Shown: piece by piece, positions 31,201 to 38,000 of the stretch
Layout of the letters: each line of letters opens with the position of its first letter
How positions within the stretch are numbered: the stretch's first letter is position 1
IMG/VR virus record: IMGVR_UViG_3300017782_000058
DNA length: 40,263 nucleotides
Source: a virus
Reading direction: 5' to 3' (one strand)
The notes under the pieces: generated by a model
Databases searched by the model: none
The model's input: the letters and a program-made list of their open reading frames with translations, nothing else
What the model was told of the DNA's origin: nothing
Position numbers and translations under genes: made by a program

Positions 31201-33898
31201 AGAACGGTGAGCCCATTAACCTACGATCAGTCCAACTTGTGTTGGCTTGTGCGCCGGCTAGAGTTCTAAAGAAATAAAACCTGTTTGCATCAATACGCCT
31301 AATAAAATAAAACCCACCATTTCTCAAACCAGGTATTGGTGTATTAGATGTGTATTGAACACGGTCACCAGTTACTAAGCCGTGACCGTTCTTACGAATG
31401 TATTGCCGGCTATAAACATAGCCTGTTGTGTTAGATCCACTGGTTGCCTGGGCAAATGTAAAATCAACACCAGTATAACCAGTTGGGGTTGTTGATAGTT
31501 GTGTTTTAAATTCTGATGAATTCGTAACGTAATATGTTGCGGCATTAGTTAAACCGCCAATTGTGGTGTTTCCTTCATCTGAGTAAACAACCGGGTCACC
31601 ATCTGTTAGACCGTGACCAACTTGTGTCGTTACTACAGCTGGAGTGTTTGCTGTATTGCCCATGCCAGAATGACTAGTGCAATAGTAGTACAGGGTAGGT
31701 GCACCAGTTGCGACTACAATTGTGGTTTCTAAATCTGTACCAGCTGAACCGCTATTGTTTGTAACACCAGTTGTGTATGCTGTACCGCCGCCATGCGTAC
31801 CGTTTGCTGTTTCACTAAGAGCAAAAGTGTGGCCGGTATTACTTGGATCTGATTGATCAAATACGTAGGTGTTGCCCTCAGTCAGTTCTAACACTGGCGC
31901 TTCAATGCCATCTATGTAGAACACGTTTGCTGTACCATTATTCTGAACACTTACAAAATAATTTTGGGTAGTTGGGGCTGGAGTGATTGTCTGCGTTGCG
32001 TCAATAAAATCTGCGCCATCAATAGCAGACCATCCACTAATATCCAGTAGGGCAGTGTTAGCCCCGTATGATGTCATGTTGACCTGGCCGTTAGATTGAT
32101 AGTCAGAAAATCTAAAACGATGCGCGTCTACTGGGTAAACATTATACCAATCGTTTCTTGTCATGCCGCCAGGCACAGTTGCTGACGATGAGCCAAACTG
32201 GATTAAATCACCTTGCGACAGCCCATGATTTTCAAAATAAATTGTGTTTCGATTTGGGTTTAGATCCATCAAAACAATCGCACCAGAATGCGTGCTACGG
32301 CTCATGTTAAGAGCAGACCCATTTGGATAACGGCTAAACTGCATTACAGTCTCACCGTTTGCGTTCACGGTTACATTCCTTGGGAACATAATCTGTGTGG
32401 AGTTTTGGCTATAGCTGACTAAGCTGTTACTGTTGTTTGTAAAATAGGCAGTGCTATTGATGCCGGTGTATGAATAAAAGTTGATGAATGCTTGATTAGG
32501 ATCATTAGCAATCAAAGGTATTTCTACATCAAATCTAACTTGTTCTTGTGAAGCGCCTGTATAAATTTGAACAGGATTGTGTGCTGTTACAAAACAAGAT
32601 TTACTGACCTGGTTCCAGGTTCCATAGTTTGATATGTTTATTCTGCTAGTAGCGGTTGCCCCACCAGCTGTTAAATAAATTGTGTTCGCATCTACTACTC
32701 GCACCCAATATGGACGGGTATCAGTAAGGCCACCCATAGCACCATTGCCATAGCCATGAAGATAAACAACATAGTCACCGTCAGAAAATCCATGCGGCCC
32801 GTCATTAAAAGTAATAGTCTCAACGCCGCCTGCAGTATTTAGTGTAATAGTGCCAGGTGCGGTAGATTTAGGAATAAACCATTTAACAATAAGCCCCTGT
32901 GCTGGAGCGTGCTTTGGAATGTAATTGTGTGGATCAACAGCACCGTAGTTCCATTGATGTGTGCTTACTGGCAGCGATCCGACATTAGAGTTATTAGATA
33001 CAGTTGTTCCAATGTTATTAAAATTGTCATGGACAACTTTACTTGCTCCACCTTCAAAGTTTACAATTTTTTGACCAACAGAATTGACCAAGAAAAATGA
33101 TGTGTCTTCATTCAGACCTAGCGGATATTCAGTAGAAACTGTTAGCTTAGATGGAGCCCCTTCGTCTGTTGTGATCCCATTAACATTTTCTAATTTAAAT
33201 TCTGTGCCCTGATAAATAGACGCCAAGAACACCTGGGTGTATGTGTCTAGAATTGTGGCAGTGCCAGGCATATTAGCTTTGGCAGTAAAAATAAATGTAT
33301 TGTCATCCACAATCTTAGTTACAACAAAACCACCATTAGCATTGTTGTTACGGCTACCAACTACGATAATTGGGTTACCTTGTACCAAGTTGTGCGGATC
33401 GTCTGTAACTACCCGGATCTGGTTACTGTCGATTATCGTTGTCATTTCTATAACTTCGATATCCTGGTCACCATTACGGCTAAAGAATGTTGGGATGTTT
33501 CGGATAAGCTCTAGGGTTTCCCATTTTGTAGACTGCAATCCATATTCAAAGTCTGTGTCGATAAGGTTTTCTGGCTGGGATACACGAAATTTTGATACAG
33601 GATCAGTATAAGTTTTATCAGGACGCATCTCTGTGCTGTCCTTTTCGATGAATATCTGTAGTTCATCTGTGTCGGCCATCGCTGTTGTATTGATGTCCAG
33701 GGTAATTGTTGTCGTTAGCGCAGAGGTATCCACAACATAACTAGATGCACCTCGAACTGTGTCAGGGAAGGCATATAGAATTTCGTTTGCTGTTGTGTTG
33801 GTAATTGTCAGTAATCGCTTTTGTGCAATAACTTGATCAATCCTTACCGTGCCAGCTGATGCATCAAAAGCATATTTATGTATAATCTTTTTTGCCAT
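28265..33898 (-). CDS. Giant tail fibre / receptor-binding structural protein (1,877 aa)
   Basis: It follows the smaller fibre gene. It is beta-rich and Thr/Gly/Asn-rich, and contains seven copies of an HG(L)xxGDxVxY...GL...YYV repeat and a cupredoxin-like module ending in YYYCTSHSGMGN. Confidence 0.7.
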   Translation of the reverse strand: MAKKIIHKYAFDASAGTVRIDQVIAQKRLLTITNTTANEILYAFPDTVRGASSYVVDTSALTTTITLDINTTAMADTDELQIFIEKDSTEMRPDKTYTDPVSKFRVSQPENLIDTDFEYGLQSTKWETLELIRNIPTFFSRNGDQDIEVIEMTTIIDSNQIRVVTDDPHNLVQGNPIIVVGSRNNNANGGFVVTKIVDDNTFIFTAKANMPGTATILDTYTQVFLASIYQGTEFKLENVNGITTDEGAPSKLTVSTEYPLGLNEDTSFFLVNSVGQKIVNFEGGASKVVHDNFNNIGTTVSNNSNVGSLPVSTHQWNYGAVDPHNYIPKHAPAQGLIVKWFIPKSTAPGTITLNTAGGVETITFNDGPHGFSDGDYVVYLHGYGNGAMGGLTDTRPYWVRVVDANTIYLTAGGATATSRINISNYGTWNQVSKSCFVTAHNPVQIYTGASQEQVRFDVEIPLIANDPNQAFINFYSYTGINSTAYFTNNSNSLVSYSQNSTQIMFPRNVTVNANGETVMQFSRYPNGSALNMSRSTHSGAIVLMDLNPNRNTIYFENHGLSQGDLIQFGSSSATVPGGMTRNDWYNVYPVDAHRFRFSDYQSNGQVNMTSYGANTALLDISGWSAIDGADFIDATQTITPAPTTQNYFVSVQNNGTANVFYIDGIEAPVLELTEGNTYVFDQSDPSNTGHTFALSETANGTHGGGTAYTTGVTNNSGSAGTDLETTIVVATGAPTLYYYCTSHSGMGNTANTPAVVTTQVGHGLTDGDPVVYSDEGNTTIGGLTNAATYYVTNSSEFKTQLSTTPTGYTGVDFTFAQATSGSNTTGYVYSRQYIRKNGHGLVTGDRVQYTSNTPIPGLRNGGFYFIRRIDANRFYFFRTLAGAQANTSWTDRRLMGSPFSGTGRVRKTDIVDLTGAGAGAQKFTASVDGASDSVYKMTRKIDDNTFEMQAGATIPKRSIPFDPDSSVWIEQDSIRIPDHFLRTGFAITYQEGTTATGGLTDNTVYYIIRVSQNWVKLAASYDDALDGTQVTLTSKGVGQANLETNNLIGEIAGQGTVTLPIDSSTITGAGTNFTSFFKTGDDISLYKPETFDQKVIASLSGGTDLNTSTNHGYSNGDLVIFEASSVPTGLVSGFFYYVGVVDNNSVKMYTNATDAAAAANHVTFSGTISSGVLKKVLTTGDTIVHRVKSVLSPTKIQIDESSTESLSDINYSVGTSLVLRADGFALHRPYDGGVELIPSTNPDSQMIRQTRKYFRYQSGKGIQVSFAVNFSPTTQIERIDYALGGAQARVYTKFAHRLSAGLEITINGVDLFLGQDYFNGTFSVTAIYDDYSFHITLPSTPPQAVSTGGYGYYHVNAWQNSQLRCGLFDDQNGMFFEYDGQNLKCCRRKSIKQLAGSMTTTFGAGVVSGINTKFSSQCNVNDYIVLKGQTYQIAKIDSDTIMYITPSYRGKTSDGVIGTITETIKVNQANWNIDTADGLGPTGYVIDLNKIQMAYIDYSWYGAGKIRFGFKDQDGDVQYVHAFIHNNLETEAYMRSGNMPARYDIQNIGTPTYVPALAHWGTSVIMDGTFDDDKAYVFTAASNDVAVSGSATIAVTGKVDYTNYYYSVVFGRWRRIGYALETNTNINYNQLTSGQTVTGANLSSDTRLRNPYDRNITPSATYLPEIFAAQGTNYSDLQTRNLIVIDKQPTGTAGSNSTYTVTLANAATPVVYDVPLISIRLAPSVDTGTIGELGEREIINRMQLLLNSVGVLTTHTIEVSLRLNGAIDNASWQAVENPSLSQLIYHGTGDSIEGGVNLYRFRASGGTGSTARSQALTEQTLGEVASLGNSIMGGNNTFPDGPDILTVVARLTEDPGTVTSSNPLIVNSRISWSESQA

Positions 33899-33911
33899 TT
33901 TTCCTTACTCC

Positions 33912-35030
33912 TTATCCCAGTGCGATTGCATAAACGATGGCATCAGAATTGATTTCTAACAGCTCATCTCCACCAGCATTTTTTACATTAACAGAAATAC
34001 CAACGCCTGAGATAATCTTCTGTTGTAGTGTGTTTGCGTTTGTATCATTGGTTGTTACTTTTACAGTGCCGCCGCCTGATGTTGCCGCCGCACTATTTGC
34101 TGCAGCTACCGCTTGATCTCTTGCTGTTCCGGCTGCTGTCTCGCTTGCTTGTGCATTTGTTTCTGCAGTCTCGGCATCATTCTTAGCTTGTAAAGCATCA
34201 TCCCGGTGATCTTCTGCAGACAGTTGGGCTTGTTGTGCGCTGTCTCTATACGAAACTGACAAGCCTGCCGCATCGTTTGCATCGGTTGCGCTGCCAGACG
34301 CCGCTAGTGCGCTTGCTGCCGCTGCTGCTGCTGATGCCCCGGCAGCTGCTGCATCTACTATTAATGCCCAGTTAGTTATCTGTGCATTGCTAGACAAAGG
34401 CGTTGTGCCGCTAGACGTATGCGTTGCCTGATTAATATATATGTTTGAGTTAGAGGCATCTTTTACTATGTCTCTAATACCGTATGTAACTCCAGCGCTC
34501 CAGTCACCTCGGAAAACACCAAGCTCCTGTGCTACCTGGAATTCACCTTGTGCATCAAAAGCTAGTACCTTGTTTGCTCGAGCTGCTGCGTTTTCTGATA
34601 TCTCCAAACTACCGATAGTGTTTGTGATAGAAAACTTAATAGATCTTTCGAGATCTGACTTTTGCTGTTGAGCTAAGATCACCGCTTTGTCTAAAGCGTC
34701 ATTAATAACCTCTGGATAAAAACCACCTTGGTTAGTTAGATCTGTTCCTTGCAACGGTTGCAAGTTAGATGTGATTGTTACACTTTTCCCGATCACCAAA
34801 TTTCCAGCGGTCAAAGTAATATTACCACCAGGGTTACTATTTTGATCCTGATTAAGAATAACAGTGTAATCAGTTGAAAGCGCCAGCGTTGTTTCAATAC
34901 TTGTGCTGGCCTCTAAAATAATGACAACAACATCCGCAGCTTCAAACACTTTAAAGCTGAATGGGAATGTAGCCGCATTAGCTGTACCTGGGTACGGCCC
35001 GGCCTTTCGTATTGTAGAGCTTATGGTCAT
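33912..35030 (-). CDS. Tail fibre protein
   Basis: A 372-aa ORF. It has the N-terminus GPYPGTANAATFPFSFKVFEAADVVV and a central Ala-rich helical region (AAAAGASAAAAAASALAASG...NDAETAETNAQASETAAG) typical of phage fibres. Confidence 0.7.
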   Translation of the reverse strand: MTISSTIRKAGPYPGTANAATFPFSFKVFEAADVVVIILEASTSIETTLALSTDYTVILNQDQNSNPGGNITLTAGNLVIGKSVTITSNLQPLQGTDLTNQGGFYPEVINDALDKAVILAQQQKSDLERSIKFSITNTIGSLEISENAAARANKVLAFDAQGEFQVAQELGVFRGDWSAGVTYGIRDIVKDASNSNIYINQATHTSSGTTPLSSNAQITNWALIVDAAAAGASAAAAAASALAASGSATDANDAAGLSVSYRDSAQQAQLSAEDHRDDALQAKNDAETAETNAQASETAAGTARDQAVAAANSAAATSGGGTVKVTTNDTNANTLQQKIISGVGISVNVKNAGGDELLEINSDAIVYAIALG

Positions 35031-35081
35031 TGACTATACTCCTGGGATAATATCGATTAGAATATCCCTGTTTGGGTTTAA

Positions 35082-35096
35082 TACGGGCACGCCTGG
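35082..35096 (-). promoter_or_regulatory. Conserved strand-specific motif, exact copy (CCAGGCGTGCCCGTA)
   Basis: The minus strand reads TGA-TACCAGGCGTGCCCGTATTAAAC in the 68-nt gap between the giant ejection gene and the fibre gene. Confidence 0.5.
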
Positions 35097-35098
35097 TA

Positions 35099-38000
35099 TC
35101 ATCTACTAGCCGGACTTGCCTTGCCGGTAACCAACCCTCTGAGAAAATCAGCGTCACTAGTAGGATCAATTTTACCGCTTTCTACATCTACCGCATATCC
35201 AATTGGTCTACCCAATACTGTTAGCGGTATACCGGTTACCAATGACAATAATGTTAGAACATCCCTGACATTTTTTCCGGTCACATCTTTATCTTCATCA
35301 ATGATATTGATCGCTGTTTTAACAGTTCCTACTGTTGCAGCCTCGAGCAATGATATTGATGGGCTTGTGGTCATACGGTCATCGTATGGCAAATCATTAA
35401 ATGAATTTAAAGGCACGATAGCAATTGTGCCAAATGGCACTAACGCTGCAGCGCCTCTTAACTGTGAACCAAAGAACCATCCAGCCACCTCATCTAGATA
35501 ACCGTCATCATCTTCGTCATCAAAATCACCACCTACTGCCCGGACAATGGCATCGGCTACCAACATAGGCAATCCAAAACCTAACAAGTATGTCATAAAC
35601 AGCTGGCCTTTATTTCCTCGCCAACCAAGATCTCTAAATATTTTTGTGTATGCTGTAGCGTTTAAGTTAGCCAGCATATTAAAGTAACCGCCAAACTGTA
35701 ACATTGTTTTATAGAACGGCGAACCAACTTGGAATGCTGCAAGATCTTCTGCAGTCAAACTATCCTGGGTCATACGCACGTTAGCGTCAGCTCTTGCTAT
35801 AGCTTCTTTTTCAGCAGCCACATCTTTAGTTGATGCAGGCAGTTCTGCTAGCGTCTTGTTATATGTAGCAATCCACACAACGGTATCGACCTGGTTTTGA
35901 AATGCTTGCTGTAGAAAATAGCCGTGTCGTTGCGCCCACTTTTGGATCTTCGCATATTTACTTGGGTTGAGCAGAAGATCGTTTAATGTTTCTTGAATAT
36001 CAAAAATTTGATTACGCTGACGATCTGCCATAAACGGTGATAGCTCGGCTATCTCGGTTTGAGCTTTCATAGGCGCTTTCATATACTGAGCCAAACCAGA
36101 TCTTAAATATTTGCCTTCTACCTTTAGGGCGGCTGGAAAATATCCTGTGATTTGCTGCAGTGCGTTTGTGATATTGGCAAACATAATGCCAACACCAGTT
36201 CTGTTTCTGACTGCTCCCCAAAACTTGTCCATAGTTTGGTTTATGCCACGTTCAATTGTTGTCTGCCTGGCAGATCTATTAAGCCAAGGTATCAACATCT
36301 CTTCGATAGCGCCCGGATCAATAGCAGTTAGATTATCTGCAAATTGTCTATTACGCAGTATCTTCGTAACATCTTTAATAGCTGGCTGCAGATATGCAAA
36401 ACGCAAAACATCATCGATGTGCTTGGTCATTAACCTAACATCTAATGATAAAGGCTGATTGTATTCGACACGGCCTTTTGTAAATCCATTGCCAGTGCTT
36501 GGCAGTGCTTGTCTAAAATCACCCTCAAGCTCTTCTAGCTTTGCATTGCGTTGTGCATCACGCACCATAAATGGATCTGTTTTAGCCGGCACGTAACCGC
36601 CTCTGAACGTACCAAATCGGTTAGTGATAGGCACGGCCTCAACTTCATTAAAATAATAACCGTAGATTTCATTGTGTGCTTTTTGTGCCAGTGGCTTCAT
36701 TTCTTCTGTCATGTCCCAGACAGATTGTAGAAAATCAAAATCAGCTTTTGTCAAAACACCTTCATCAATCATACGATCAATAAATGTATCCCATTTAGCT
36801 GTATCCATTTCTTTGTTGTCATCCAATACGGCCCAGTTTCTACCGACAAGTAATTTACGCAGATTGCTTTCATTGCCCATGTGCAACATAGCGCCTAGTA
36901 ATTCTGCTTTGCCTAGGCCACCGTTCTCGTTCCCAAATGTATAACCAAACTCCCCGGCAATAATTTTACCTTTGCCCAGGTCTAGCTTGGCAATCATTTC
37001 TGCGTAACGCCTTGTGTAATTATTACGTGCCACACGATATAAATCTACCGCGCCTCTAATTGGACGCCATATATATTTGGTGAAAGCACCTACCCCGGCA
37101 GCCCCATCTAAACTATCAGCCCAATGCTCTACACGGCGCAGCTGGGCTTTTGTTGTATTGATTGATCGCATTATACGAGCTTTACGCCCTGGGGCTTCTG
37201 TGCTGCCCTCTGGCGTGTCTGGTATTCCTATCTCTTCTAGACGCAAGTTGAGCTCACCTATGACCCCTTCAAGCTCCATAGTCTGGCCATCGATAGTAAT
37301 TTGTTTATCACGCCGCGATTGATACCACAGTGACTGGATCATATCATTGAGTGTGTCGAATTCTTCACCGGTCAAATCTTTTATGTCCCGGCCACCCATT
37401 CTTGATGCGTCCATAATTAATGGTTCGACCTGGGCAAACATATCTGGATTATATGCTTTTAGCTTTTCAACGTAATCTAGTGGGCTATCAACTTTTGGCC
37501 CCATGTTATAAGCCGCCAAAATAGATCTGGCTGCATTTACTAGATCCATGTTTCTATTTTTTGCTAGCTTTTTATCTGCTTTGAAAACTTGCTTAAATAA
37601 TTTTTGTGCTTTGTCATACCGCTTGTGCACCTCGATTGCTTCACGCGCCAGCTGGTTTTGAATTAACTGTGCACGTTTTGCGCTAACAGCGCCGGCACTA
37701 TCACCTTTACGCATTGCCGCTTCTGCAGCCTTTACTGCTTTAGCTTCATTTCTTGCAAATTGTGATGGGCGTATTTCACGTAGTTTCTTTTTAGCCAGCA
37801 ATTCTTTTGCTACCTGTCTAGCTGCGGCTACCTGATAACGTACTGGCTGCATAGATTTAGATAGAAAACGCAGCTCTACCGATATGAACCTGGCTCGAGC
37901 TTCATTATGCAATGCCTCTTGTACTTGTAACTCTTGCTGTCTCGGGTCAGTCAGATCACTAAACTCATTTAACATACGGGCATCAGTTCGCTCAGTGATA

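Noticed and set aside
34050-34350. The GC-rich Ala-codon run (GCTGCTGCTGC...) in the 372-aa fibre gene as a DNA-level tandem repeat or CRISPR-like array
   Set aside because: It encodes an Ala-rich helical segment (AAAAGASAAAAAASALAAS) common in phage fibres. It has no spacer-repeat periodicity.
28265-35030. A BPP-1-style diversity-generating retroelement acting on the fibre genes
   Set aside because: The head genes are BPP-1-like, so I looked for a reverse transcriptase ORF and a template/variable repeat pair near the 3' ends of the fibre genes. I found no RT-like ORF and no near-identical ~100-bp repeat by eye.
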